From contig JAZRTJ010000084.1 in the NCBI GenBank assembly GCA_045651925.1, forward strand, positions 12,286 through 76,285: a stretch of 64,000 nt of DNA, given 5' to 3'. The DNA comes from Candidatus Spyradenecus sp. Its GTDB lineage: Bacteria; Verrucomicrobiota; Verrucomicrobiia; Opitutales; UBA953. The translations under genes and the position numbers were made by a program. Shown here in pieces: positions 17,543 to 27,093 of this stretch (position 1 is the first letter of the stretch; the number at the start of each line of letters is the position of its first letter). The notes beneath the pieces are model-generated. The model saw nothing but the letters and a program-made list of their open reading frames with translations, did not search any database and was not told the origin of the DNA.

Positions 17543-17617
17543 GCCAGAGTAGCTCAGCGGTAGAGCACGGGACTCATAAGCCTATGGTCGGTGGTTCAAA
17601 TCCACCCTTTGGCACCA
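17543..17617 (+). tRNA. tRNA with CAT anticodon (non-initiator; Ile2 or elongator Met)
   Basis: Acceptor GCCAGAG/CTTTGGC, D arm GCTC/GAGC, loop CTCATAA, T arm GGTGG-TTCAAAT-CCACC and encoded CCA. G1-C72 pairing excludes fMet. Confidence 0.9.
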
Positions 17618-17624
17618 ATTTCTA

Positions 17625-17655
17625 AAAGAGCGCTTTTTCGAAAGCGCTCTTTTCT
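17625..17655 (+). terminator. Terminator after the tRNA
   Basis: AAAAGAGCGCTTT TTCG AAAGCGCTCTTTT palindrome. Confidence 0.7.
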
Positions 17656-17765
17656 TTTTGATTCAGAGCGGGGCGTACAAGCTTTCGCTAATACGGTTTT
17701 TTTGCTTTACAAAAAAAACTCATGCTTTAACCTAAAACGAAATTCAACCCCTTTAATTTTTATAA

Positions 17766-18047
17766 ATGAAGACCATGCGTAAATTCTCTCTCATTGCTTC
17801 GGCTATCGCGCTTGCCTTTGCATTTACAGGTTGCAACGGCTACGACACGGATTACCACGGAAACAACGTTACGGCTGAAGCCTCCCATAACTTTATGGGC
17901 ATTGTGAAGACGAATCCGGGTTCCTATCGATACGTGAACGAAGCATCCACTATTATCATCGATACGGACGAACTGTGGTGCCGTCGTGATTTTAGCGGAT
18001 CGGATACGTCGCTCTTCTGGGGACTTATCAATATTCGCGATTACTAA
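17766..18047 (+). CDS. Small hypothetical lipoprotein
   Basis: Lipobox FAFTGC after a hydrophobic signal; followed by its own hairpin terminator at about 18072-18099. Confidence 0.7.
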   Translation: MKTMRKFSLIASAIALAFAFTGCNGYDTDYHGNNVTAEASHNFMGIVKTNPGSYRYVNEASTIIIDTDELWCRRDFSGSDTSLFWGLINIRDY

Positions 18048-18121
18048 ACCGAAACATCTTTTATCTGCGCGAAAACCCTCGAGAGCCTCGAGGGTTTTTG
18101 TTTTTTCCGAAAACGCTATTT

Positions 18122-19807
18122 ATGTCCGTCCCTTCGTTTAATGTTGCACGATTTATTCGTGAATCCGCCGAACGCGTGCCTGCCGTGTGTGCCATTCGCC
18201 TGCCTGACGGGCGCAATGCCGATGCGTCCATTCGTTATCGGGAGCTGAGCTTCGCCGAATTGGATGCGCACACTGCCGCTGCCGCCGAGCTTTTTCGGGC
18301 AAGCGGTATCGGTGCCGGTACGCGCACCCTGTTGATGGCGCGTCCCGGCTGGGATTTGATTTTGTGTGCTTTCGCGTTGTTTCGCATTGGCGCCGTTCCG
18401 GTTGCTATCGATCCGGGGATGGGCCTGCGTCACTTCCTGCGCTGTGTCGAAAACACCCGTCCGGAAGCCCTCGTCGGCATTCCGCTCGCCCACTGGGTCA
18501 GCTGCTTCTTCCGCAAGTCGTTTGCTTCCGTGAAGATGAAGGTCGTTGTCGGCAACCGGAAATTCAACGAAAAGATCGCACGGCTTGCTTCCGATCCCGG
18601 TCTGCGTAGCGAGATTGTCCGGACCGCCGCCGACGAATTGGCTGCGATTCTTTTTACCAGCGGTTCGACGGGAGCGCCCAAGGGTGTTTGCTACACGCAC
18701 GGAATGTTTGATGCTCAGCAGCGCATTGTCCGCGACGTTTACAAAATTGAGCCCGGCGAAATCGATCTGCCGTTGCTTCCGATTTTCGCACTTTTCAATC
18801 CGGCGTTCGGCATGACGACGGTTACGCCGGAAATGAACCCCTCGAAACCGGCGACGCTCGACCCGGAAAAAATCGTTCGCGCCATTCGCCAGAACGGAGT
18901 GACGAATAGCTTCGGTTCGCCGATTCTTTGGCGGAAAATCGCCGAATACTGCGATGCGCGCGGTGAGACGCTCCCGAGCATCCGGCGCATTCTTTGCGCG
19001 GGAACGGCCGTTCACCCCTCACTCATGGCGCTTTTAAAGAAAGTCCTGCCGAATGCCGAAATCCACTCGCCCTACGGAGCAACCGAAAATCTTCCCGTCG
19101 CCGATGTCGATGCCGAAACCGTGCTCGGCGAAACCGGAGCGCTTACGGCGCGCGGTTGCGGGACGTGTACGGGAACAATCGTTGCGGGCAATCGCGTTCG
19201 CATCGTCCCCGCTTCCGATGCCGTTTTCCCGGATTTTGAAAGCGCCGGCGACGTTCGGGAGCGTTTCCGCGGATTTCCCGTCGGAGAAATCTGCGTTTGC
19301 GGGCCGACGACGACGCGGGCTTACGACAACAATGCCCGGGCCACAGCGCTTGCCAAAATCAGCGATCGCTCCGACGGTTCCCTGTGGCACCGCATGGGCG
19401 ATCTCGGCTATCTCGACGAACAGGGGCGCCTCTGGTTCCTCGGCCGCAAGGTCGAACGCGTCGAAACCGCCGGGGAAACCCTTTACACGGAGGCTTGCGA
19501 ACCGATTTTCAATGCGCATCCGGACGTGTTCCGTTCCGCGCTCATCGGCCTCGGCGCGCCGAAGCAGGCCGTTCCCGCCGTCGTCATCGAATTGCGCGCG
19601 GGAACGCCCAAGTGCCGTCACGGCAAAATTCTCGACGATCTGCGCCGCTTAGCTTTGGAAAATTCCGTTACGCAGGACATTCGCCATTTCTTCATTCATC
19701 CGAAAAAATTCCCCGTGGATGTCCGCCACAATGCGAAGATTCACCGTCTCAGCCTGCGGAAATATTACGAGAAATTTGCGGAAAAATTAAAATCCGAGAA
19801 GATTTGA
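18122..19807 (+). CDS. oleC: AMP-dependent ligase, OleC-like (olefin beta-lactone synthetase family)
   Basis: ILFTSGSTGAPKG, PYGATE, WHRMGDLG, and C-terminal FPVDVRHNAKI, which is characteristic of OleC-type proteins. Confidence 0.7.
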   Translation: MSVPSFNVARFIRESAERVPAVCAIRLPDGRNADASIRYRELSFAELDAHTAAAAELFRASGIGAGTRTLLMARPGWDLILCAFALFRIGAVPVAIDPGMGLRHFLRCVENTRPEALVGIPLAHWVSCFFRKSFASVKMKVVVGNRKFNEKIARLASDPGLRSEIVRTAADELAAILFTSGSTGAPKGVCYTHGMFDAQQRIVRDVYKIEPGEIDLPLLPIFALFNPAFGMTTVTPEMNPSKPATLDPEKIVRAIRQNGVTNSFGSPILWRKIAEYCDARGETLPSIRRILCAGTAVHPSLMALLKKVLPNAEIHSPYGATENLPVADVDAETVLGETGALTARGCGTCTGTIVAGNRVRIVPASDAVFPDFESAGDVRERFRGFPVGEICVCGPTTTRAYDNNARATALAKISDRSDGSLWHRMGDLGYLDEQGRLWFLGRKVERVETAGETLYTEACEPIFNAHPDVFRSALIGLGAPKQAVPAVVIELRAGTPKCRHGKILDDLRRLALENSVTQDIRHFFIHPKKFPVDVRHNAKIHRLSLRKYYEKFAEKLKSEKI

Positions 19808-19859
19808 ATTCCTACGGGCGCACTAAAACATTAAGCTCACCACTTTTTAAGAAAAATCA

Positions 19860-20933
19860 ATGAATACCATTAAGACCGACGACACGCGCATCCAGCGCCG
19901 CAAACCGCTTTTGACTCCGGCTCTGATTATCGACGAGATCTGTCCGAGCCATGAAGGCGTTCATGTCGTGGAAACCGCACGTGCCACCATCAGTGATATC
20001 CTTACCGGGAAGGACGACCGCCTTCTCTTTATCACGGGGCCGTGTTCGATTCACGACATTGCCGCGGCAAAAGAATATGCCATGCACGCCAAACGCCTTG
20101 CGGAAAAATACGCGAAGGATCTTTTCGTCGTCATGCGTACCTATTTCGAAAAGCCGCGCACCGTTGTCGGCTGGAAAGGGCTCATAAACGACCCTTACAT
20201 TGACGGCACTTTCTGCATTAATGACGGCCTGCGTATTGCCCGCCGCCTGCTTTGCGATCTGGCGGAACTCGGTGTGCCCAGCGCGACTGAATTCCTCGAT
20301 CCCATTACGCCGCAATTCCTCGCCGACCTCGTTTCCTACGGGGCTATCGGAGCGCGTACGACGGAAAGCCAAATTCACCGCGAGCTGGCTTCCGGGATGT
20401 CCATGCCCATCGGCTTCAAAAACGGAACCGACGGCACAATTCAGGTCGCGATTGACGCCGTGCGTGCCGCTCACCACTCGCACTGGTTCCCCTCCGTCAC
20501 GAAGGACGGGGTTGTCGCTATTTTCGAAACGCAGGGCAACAAGGATTCGCACATTATTCTGCGCGGCGGCTCCCGCACGGGACCGAACTACGGCGCGGAA
20601 TTTGTCTCGGAATGCGCCGAAAAGCTCGGCAAGGTGCAATTGCCCCAAAGCGTCGTCGTGGACTGCTCTCACGGGAACAGTAGCAAGGATTACAAGCGCC
20701 AGCCGATTGTGGCGGCGGAGATTGCCGAACAGCTGGCGGCGGGTTCGCGTACGATTGTCGGCGTGATGATCGAAAGCAATCTCGTCGAAGGCCGACAGGA
20801 TTACGACTGCTCGCAAAAGGGCTCCTGCGTTTACGGGCAGAGCATCACGGATGCCTGCATCGATATCGCGGCAACGGAAGCTATTTGCGAAACGTTGGCG
20901 GCGGCCGTTCGTGCCCGCCGCCAACGCAACTAA
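19860..20933 (+). CDS. aroG: 3-deoxy-7-phosphoheptulonate (DAHP) synthase, class I-alpha; AroF/G/H isoform not resolvable
   Basis: GPCSIHD, RTYFEKPRTVVGWKGLINDP, IGARTTESQIHRELASG, VDCSHGNS, YGQSITDACI. Confidence 0.92.
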   Translation: MNTIKTDDTRIQRRKPLLTPALIIDEICPSHEGVHVVETARATISDILTGKDDRLLFITGPCSIHDIAAAKEYAMHAKRLAEKYAKDLFVVMRTYFEKPRTVVGWKGLINDPYIDGTFCINDGLRIARRLLCDLAELGVPSATEFLDPITPQFLADLVSYGAIGARTTESQIHRELASGMSMPIGFKNGTDGTIQVAIDAVRAAHHSHWFPSVTKDGVVAIFETQGNKDSHIILRGGSRTGPNYGAEFVSECAEKLGKVQLPQSVVVDCSHGNSSKDYKRQPIVAAEIAEQLAAGSRTIVGVMIESNLVEGRQDYDCSQKGSCVYGQSITDACIDIAATEAICETLAAAVRARRQRN

Positions 20934-21074
20934 GGCCGGGGCGGAGCGAGTTCGGGGCCGCGTTTTAATGTCCCGCGTGAAACTCAAGCTTGGCGCAGAA
21001 GCGGCGGAGATGCTAAAATTCGCGAACGCGGATTGAGGCAGTCTCCGCCGCTTTTTATTTTGAATCTATCCGAC

Positions 21075-24000
21075 ATGAAATACTTTCTCGCTTTACTCTT
21101 GGGAACGGTACTCGCGGGCGTGCCGCAGCTGTCTTATGCCGCCGAGCAGAATCGGGCTCTTGGCGCGTTGTCGGAATCCGTAATCTTGCCGGTTCCCGCG
21201 TCTGCATGGAAGGCGGCGGGAACGCTGACCTGTGAGCTTTGGGTGGGTCCCGACGGCGGGAATACAAGCGCTACCATCTTGCGTCTCGGTAAGGCGGAGT
21301 TGGTTTTAAGCGGCGGGGTTTTAGGTCTGAAGACTCCGGAGCTTGCGTTTGACGGCGAACACGCGGCCTTTGCGGCGGGAAGCTGGCATCACGTTGCCGT
21401 GTCACTTTCCGGCAACACGCTTGAGCTCTTCGTCGACAATGCGAGTGCGGGTAAGCTCGAAGACCCGGCGTTGTCGGCGGCCTTAATCGAGAATTGGCGC
21501 GGCGTTGAATTGGCGGGCAATTTCCCCGGTCGCCGGGACGAGCTACGGCTTTGGGACTGTGCGATGGAGGCGGGAGACTTCTTCCTGAACGGACCGCTTT
21601 CACTCGTCGATAAGCGGTATGCCGACTTGATCGGGGTGTGGCATTTGGACGGAGATTTCGAAGACGGGAAGTGGACGCGGCAGTTTGACGCCGTCGGCTT
21701 ACTTTATCCCGAATCGAAGAAACCGGCAATCGCTTCAGGGAATGCGCTTTTCTCGGGAATTCTTCCGGATTCCGGCGTGGTTTTTGCGGCGGCGGACGAC
21801 AACACCGTTTTCCGCTATTCGTTTTTGCAGGGCTATGTCCGCGGGGTGCATGTGCTCTATGATTGGATTTCGCGGGAACACTTAATCAGCTCGTCCGAAT
21901 TGATTTACGTCGGCGCGGTTCCGCAGGCGAACGGCTGGGTCGATTTCTCTTATCCGGACAACGATGCGACGGCGATGTCGGGGCTGAGTCGCGAGGCAAG
22001 CTATACGGACCGCGCGGGAAAGTCCTATTCAGGAATTACGAGCTTCGGCGGACAGGGGGCAAGCATGAAGGTCGGAACGGGCTTGTTTACGACTTCGCTC
22101 ATCGGGAGTTCGAAGTTTACGATTGAAACGCGCCTGTGTCTTCCGGCCTGGGTGAGCGGTGCGAAGATTTTCGAAAACGAAGCCGTGTCCTTGCGTTGCG
22201 GAAACACTGCCGGCGAGTTTGTGCTTCAGGTCGGAACAAGCGCGTGGACGGCAACGGTTGCCGATTTCCCGCTGAACAGCTGGTTCCATTTAGCCGTGAC
22301 GCGCAACGGAGCGGCGCCGTCCGTTTATTTCAATAAAAACGCGCTGGCGGTCGCGACGGCAACGGCCGTCTCCCTGCCGGCGAAGGGAAGTGAAAGCGTT
22401 GTCGGCGAGAATCTTTCCGCGAAGATGGATTATCTGAGAATTTGGGGCAACGAAGCGCGAAGCGTTGCGAATCTGGACGGCATGATTCGCAATACGTGGG
22501 CGGATCGCAATTTGTGCGCCCGCTGGGAAGGCGAAATTCTCGGTCGGGACACGGCTTCGTGGGTTGAGCACATTCGCATTCTGAAGCGAAAGCTCGCGGG
22601 GACTAAGGGAACGCGTATTACGCTTTGTATTGCGGGCGGGGCTTGGAAGGAATTCGTCGTCAAGACCGCGAGCGGAACCGGGTGGAACGGGCAAAATGCC
22701 CGCTGGGCTTTCGGCGCGCGCCTGAAAAATCTCTACCAAAAATACGGGCCCGATTCGCCGGAGCCGATTATTGACGGCTTTGATTTGGACTTCGAGTGGC
22801 CGGAAACGGACGCGCTTTGGGCGGCTTACGCCAATACAATCAGCGTCGTGCGGCAAGTCATTCCCGCCAAGACGTTTTTTTCTAATTCTCTCCATGCCCT
22901 TTACTACAAGCTCCCGAATGTCACGAACGGGAACGTGAAAACACACGATGCCTTGGACTTGATTAATTGCCAGAATTACGGTCCGCAACAGGCGCAAAAC
23001 AAGTACGCGAATTTCACGCAGGCGTACAATAATTGCGTGAACTACGGTCTGCCGAAGCGAAAACTCGTTTTCAGCACGCCGGTTCAGGGAACTGCCGTTC
23101 AAAGCGGAGACGGCACTCCCGGCAATTACATCAAGACTTGGCGGGAAATTTACGCGGCGGCGAAGGATGCGGGAGTCACCATTGAAAATTCCACGGATTC
23201 CATTCCCTACACCTTTTCGATTTCCGGGAACACGGTTTCCCGCAACATCAGCATCGTCGGAGTTGATTCCACGGCAAAGCGCGCGCAATTCATTTACGAC
23301 AAGGGGCTTCCGGGAATCATGTATTGGGACATGGGCGAAGACGTCGCCTATGATTCCGGAACGGGCGGCAAAACAAATCAGAGCGGTCCCGGCGACCTCT
23401 TCCACCCGTTCTCGCTGGTGGCTTCGATGAGCCGTGTTTTGGGAACGACGGTGTTTCCGAAGCGCGAGAACACCCTGGCAATTCAAAGCGCCGGGATTCA
23501 CGCCGGAAAAACGGCTTTGTCAACGAGCTTGAAGATCCGGACGAATCAGGCGTGGACACTGAGCGTTCCCGAAAGTGCGAGTTGGATTAAGCCGGGAGTG
23601 CGTTCCGGCACCGGTGATGCCGATCTTACGCTCGAAATCGCGGAAGCCGGATTGAGCGAGCGCTTCGCCGTGCTGACGGTTGTCGCCGAAGACGGACAGT
23701 GCCAAAGCGTGGAAGTGACTCAAGTGCGCGGGGAGGCCCGTTTTGAATTGAGCGGCGGGAATGCGTGGGAATCCGTTCCCGCCGGAGGAGAAGAAAAGGA
23801 GTTTGAATTTACGACGAATCTCGATGTCGGTGACTTGAGTCCGGAGGTCGACGAAGCGGCGGTCGATTGGCTTTCCGCGGAATTTAAAGATGGCAAGCTT
23901 TGGGTTTGTGTGCTTGAGAATACGCTAATTTCCGAGCGCTCGGGCGTAATTCGGGTTAAGGGAAGCGGCGGCAATGTGCTCACGGAAATAACGGTTTCGC

Positions 24001-25121
24001 AGGAGGCCGCAGTAGCTTTTTTCAAGGTGCAGTCTCTTGCCGTTGGTGCCGGCGTTTCCCGCGCGGATTGCCCCGTTGAAAGCAATACGAAGTGGAAAGT
24101 GCTCGAGTCTTCGGTCGATTGGGTGAGCGTCGCATCTCCGGCAACCGGAAGCGAGCAGAGCGCTTCGGGGAGCCTAATCTTGAGCATCACCGAAAACGAA
24201 AATATTGAGCCTCGGGAAGGCGGCGTGAAAATCGCTTGGTTGGACGGTACCCGCTGGAGGGAGACCGTGCTACCCGTGACACAGGCGGCGGCAAGCCCCG
24301 TTCTCGAAACCGAAATTTCGCAATGGTTGGCTCCGCGCGAAGCCGCGACAAAGCAGGTTGCCGTCCGGACGAATGTTCCCGGAAGCTGTTCCGTCCGTGT
24401 CTTGAACGGCGGGGAATGGCTGAGCTGTACGGCGGAAAACAATATTTTGCGTTTAACGCTTGCGGAGAATACGTCGCCGATTATGCGCACGGGGAGCGTT
24501 GAAGTCGCCGTTGCCGCGCTTTCGCGTACCATTACGGTGACGCAGCAGGGCCTGCATTTTTCCTTGGATAAAACCTCGATTTCTGCGGGCGGCGCAGGCG
24601 GAACGCAAACGCTGGTTGTGACGGCCAATTGCGAGTGGACGCTTTCCGCGATACCGGATTGGATGCGTGCGACGGTGCTTTCCGGCGGAAGCGGAACGAC
24701 GCGTGTGGAGCTCACGATTGAGCCCAGTGCGCTCATCACGGCGCGTGCCGGCGTGCTTACTTTCGAATACTGCGGGAAAACGGAGACAATTCCGGTCAAA
24801 CAGACTGCGGGAGCTTCGCGACCGACGGAGCCCGAAGGCGGCGAGCGTCTACCGGCTTGGGACGGCGGTCTGATGTACGATTCGATTATTTCAATTTTGA
24901 TTCTGAAGGCGGGCGAGTTGCGTGAAATCGTTTTGCCGTTCGAGGCGGAGGGACCGCCGTTTGTCTTGGATCCGGAATGGCTACTTTGCGATTTCGACGG
25001 CGGAACGCTTTACTTGGAAGCCGGAGCCAATACACAAGGCGAGGTGCGCGAAACCTATGTGTTCCTGCAGGTCAAGGGCGGCGGCATTCGCGCCTTCGCG
25101 GTAAAGCAAATCGACAAATAA
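21075..25121 (+). CDS. Secreted multidomain glycoside hydrolase family 18 with LamG and several BACON domains
   Basis: Signal peptide; LamG motifs (WHHVAVS, DELRLW, WFHLAVT, DYLRIW); GH18 DGFDLDFEW and GIMYWDMGED; repeated BACON-like units (W..V.SG.G..L, RSG.I.V, ITV.Q). Confidence 0.8.
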   Translation: MKYFLALLLGTVLAGVPQLSYAAEQNRALGALSESVILPVPASAWKAAGTLTCELWVGPDGGNTSATILRLGKAELVLSGGVLGLKTPELAFDGEHAAFAAGSWHHVAVSLSGNTLELFVDNASAGKLEDPALSAALIENWRGVELAGNFPGRRDELRLWDCAMEAGDFFLNGPLSLVDKRYADLIGVWHLDGDFEDGKWTRQFDAVGLLYPESKKPAIASGNALFSGILPDSGVVFAAADDNTVFRYSFLQGYVRGVHVLYDWISREHLISSSELIYVGAVPQANGWVDFSYPDNDATAMSGLSREASYTDRAGKSYSGITSFGGQGASMKVGTGLFTTSLIGSSKFTIETRLCLPAWVSGAKIFENEAVSLRCGNTAGEFVLQVGTSAWTATVADFPLNSWFHLAVTRNGAAPSVYFNKNALAVATATAVSLPAKGSESVVGENLSAKMDYLRIWGNEARSVANLDGMIRNTWADRNLCARWEGEILGRDTASWVEHIRILKRKLAGTKGTRITLCIAGGAWKEFVVKTASGTGWNGQNARWAFGARLKNLYQKYGPDSPEPIIDGFDLDFEWPETDALWAAYANTISVVRQVIPAKTFFSNSLHALYYKLPNVTNGNVKTHDALDLINCQNYGPQQAQNKYANFTQAYNNCVNYGLPKRKLVFSTPVQGTAVQSGDGTPGNYIKTWREIYAAAKDAGVTIENSTDSIPYTFSISGNTVSRNISIVGVDSTAKRAQFIYDKGLPGIMYWDMGEDVAYDSGTGGKTNQSGPGDLFHPFSLVASMSRVLGTTVFPKRENTLAIQSAGIHAGKTALSTSLKIRTNQAWTLSVPESASWIKPGVRSGTGDADLTLEIAEAGLSERFAVLTVVAEDGQCQSVEVTQVRGEARFELSGGNAWESVPAGGEEKEFEFTTNLDVGDLSPEVDEAAVDWLSAEFKDGKLWVCVLENTLISERSGVIRVKGSGGNVLTEITVSQEAAVAFFKVQSLAVGAGVSRADCPVESNTKWKVLESSVDWVSVASPATGSEQSASGSLILSITENENIEPREGGVKIAWLDGTRWRETVLPVTQAAASPVLETEISQWLAPREAATKQVAVRTNVPGSCSVRVLNGGEWLSCTAENNILRLTLAENTSPIMRTGSVEVAVAALSRTITVTQQGLHFSLDKTSISAGGAGGTQTLVVTANCEWTLSAIPDWMRATVLSGGSGTTRVELTIEPSALITARAGVLTFEYCGKTETIPVKQTAGASRPTEPEGGERLPAWDGGLMYDSIISILILKAGELREIVLPFEAEGPPFVLDPEWLLCDFDGGTLYLEAGANTQGEVRETYVFLQVKGGGIRAFAVKQIDK

Positions 25122-25135
25122 TTTTTTTTACTCCT

Positions 25136-25570
25136 ATGAAAATTTTCAATTACCTGGTCTTCAAAATGATCTTGCTCGCGGCAATGGCGGGATTTTGCGC
25201 TTGCGGCGGCGGAGGAGGATCGGACGGAGAAACGCCGCCTGAAGGCGAACCGCTGCCGGAACTCGCGGGCGCGCAAATGCGCTTGAGCTCGGGGAATGCC
25301 GAGTATTTTTACTTCGTTGATACGACGCGCGTTGTCGTGAAACGCCGTGACGGGACGGAATACGACGGGGCTTATACCCGCGATCAGAACGAATTGACGC
25401 TGAGCGATTGCAAAAGCCGTCACGGCGCGGCAACGGTGAGTTATTCCGGAACGATTAGCGACTACAGCGCCGCACAAGCGCGTGGACGTTACCGCTTCAC
25501 GGAAACGCATTCCGAGGACGGAAGAGCCGTTCAGGAAAGCGAGTTTGTGTTGTTGAGCGGAAATAAGTGA
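25136..25570 (+). CDS. Hypothetical lipoprotein
   Basis: Signal ending FCAC-GGGGG; lies directly after the GH18 gene. Confidence 0.65.
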   Translation: MKIFNYLVFKMILLAAMAGFCACGGGGGSDGETPPEGEPLPELAGAQMRLSSGNAEYFYFVDTTRVVVKRRDGTEYDGAYTRDQNELTLSDCKSRHGAATVSYSGTISDYSAAQARGRYRFTETHSEDGRAVQESEFVLLSGNK

Positions 25571-25703
25571 ACGGAAGCGGCGGGAAGAAGTCGGGGACGA
25601 TGCTCGAATTATCCGACGATTACGACTTATCCCGATAATAAATCCTCGCCCGGTGCATTCGGATAATCCATGATTGCGGGAACTTCATTTTCGAAACACC
25701 GCA

Positions 25704-26465
25704 ATGCTTTCCGTTCGAATCATTCCTTGCCTTGATGTCAAAGCCGGGCGCGTCGTTAAAGGCGTCCAATTCGAGTCGCTCCGCGACGCGGGTGATCCCG
25801 TTGATTCTGCGCGGGCCTATGAAAAGCAGGGCGCCGATGAGCTCGTCTTTCTCGACATCACGGCTTCGTCGGACGGGCGCAATATCATGCGCGACGTCGT
25901 TGAGCGTACTGCCGACCAGGTATTTATGCCGCTGACGGTCGGCGGCGGCTTGCGTACGGTTGAAGACATCCGCGCGATGCTGAATTCCGGAGCCGACAAG
26001 GTTTCTCTGAATTCGGCGGCGATTTCCAATCCCGATCTCATTCTCGAATCGGCGAAGCGTTTCGGGAATCAGTGTATCGTCGTGGCGATTGATGCGCGCC
26101 GAAATCCGGGAACGGACACCTGGCAGGTTTACTCGCACGGCGGTCGAACGCCCTGCGGCATCGATGTTATCGAATGGGCGAAGCAAGTCGTTTCGCTCGG
26201 AGCCGGAGAGATTTTGCTGACGAGCATGGATTGCGACGGCGTAAAGACCGGGTACGACTTGGAGCTGACGCGCCGCGTGAGCGAATCCGTCGGCGTGCCC
26301 GTCATTGCTTCCGGCGGGGCCGGCAATCTGCAACACATGGTGGACGCCGTAAAAATCGGCAAGGCCAGCGCCGTTCTCGCGGCTTCCATCTTCCACTTCG
26401 GCACCTATTCGATTCGCGAAGCCAAGGAAGCGATGCGCGACGCCGGGCTTCCCGCGAGACTTTAA
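25704..26465 (+). CDS. hisF: Imidazole glycerol phosphate synthase cyclase subunit
   Basis: [45 protein letters not shown]. Confidence 0.97.
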   Translation: MLSVRIIPCLDVKAGRVVKGVQFESLRDAGDPVDSARAYEKQGADELVFLDITASSDGRNIMRDVVERTADQVFMPLTVGGGLRTVEDIRAMLNSGADKVSLNSAAISNPDLILESAKRFGNQCIVVAIDARRNPGTDTWQVYSHGGRTPCGIDVIEWAKQVVSLGAGEILLTSMDCDGVKTGYDLELTRRVSESVGVPVIASGGAGNLQHMVDAVKIGKASAVLAASIFHFGTYSIREAKEAMRDAGLPARL

Positions 26466-26475
26466 GCCGGGAGCA

Positions 26476-27093
26476 TTAGCGGTTTCCGCGCTGAGGGCGG
26501 CGACGCTGGTTATTGTTCTGGCCGCCCTGCTGTTGCGCGTTTTGAGGACGACCGCCTTGGCGTCCCGAGGCGTTTTGATTGTTGTTTCTCTGCGAATTGG
26601 CTGTGCCTACTTGAACGACCTGGACGGCTGTGCCGATAGTCGTTCCCGGATGCGGGTTGTAAGCCGCTTTGACGGCGAGCGGTTTTTCTTCCGGATTGGC
26701 CAAAGTTAAAACAAGACGCCCCGCCGCGGTTTGGACGTTCAGCGATTTCTGCGTCGGGTTGTAGCTTTCGACGACGATGCCGCTTTCGTTTTGCTCCCGC
26801 AGTTTTAGCCAGTAGCAACGTTGAGCGCGGGTGTCGTAGAGTCCGAATTCCGTTTCGCCCGCAATGGTGAGCATGCCGCGAAACTGCAGGAGTGCCGCGG
26901 GCGCATTGCGTGCGCTGATTTTGTTTTTCAGGACCGGCTTAAACGGCGAATTCAACATCAGGGCGACAAAGGATTCCGGCTTCGGGGCCTTGGACGTTTC
27001 GGCGGCGGGGGATTCCGGAGCGGGAGCACTTTGCGCGCCGAGCAGGGCCATACCGGCGAGGCTTGCAAAAATTACGGCGAGGGCGTTTTTCAT
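26476..27093 (-). CDS. Hypothetical exported protein at the end of the T2SS operon (possibly GspC-like)
   Basis: Signal peptide and Q/N-rich tail; 4-nt overlap with gspD. Confidence 0.6.
   Translation of the reverse strand: MKNALAVIFASLAGMALLGAQSAPAPESPAAETSKAPKPESFVALMLNSPFKPVLKNKISARNAPAALLQFRGMLTIAGETEFGLYDTRAQRCYWLKLREQNESGIVVESYNPTQKSLNVQTAAGRLVLTLANPEEKPLAVKAAYNPHPGTTIGTAVQVVQVGTANSQRNNNQNASGRQGGRPQNAQQQGGQNNNQRRRPQRGNR

Noticed and set aside
17543-19807. tRNA as an integration site for a genomic island
   Set aside because: No integrase and no duplicated tRNA 3' end were seen in the window.
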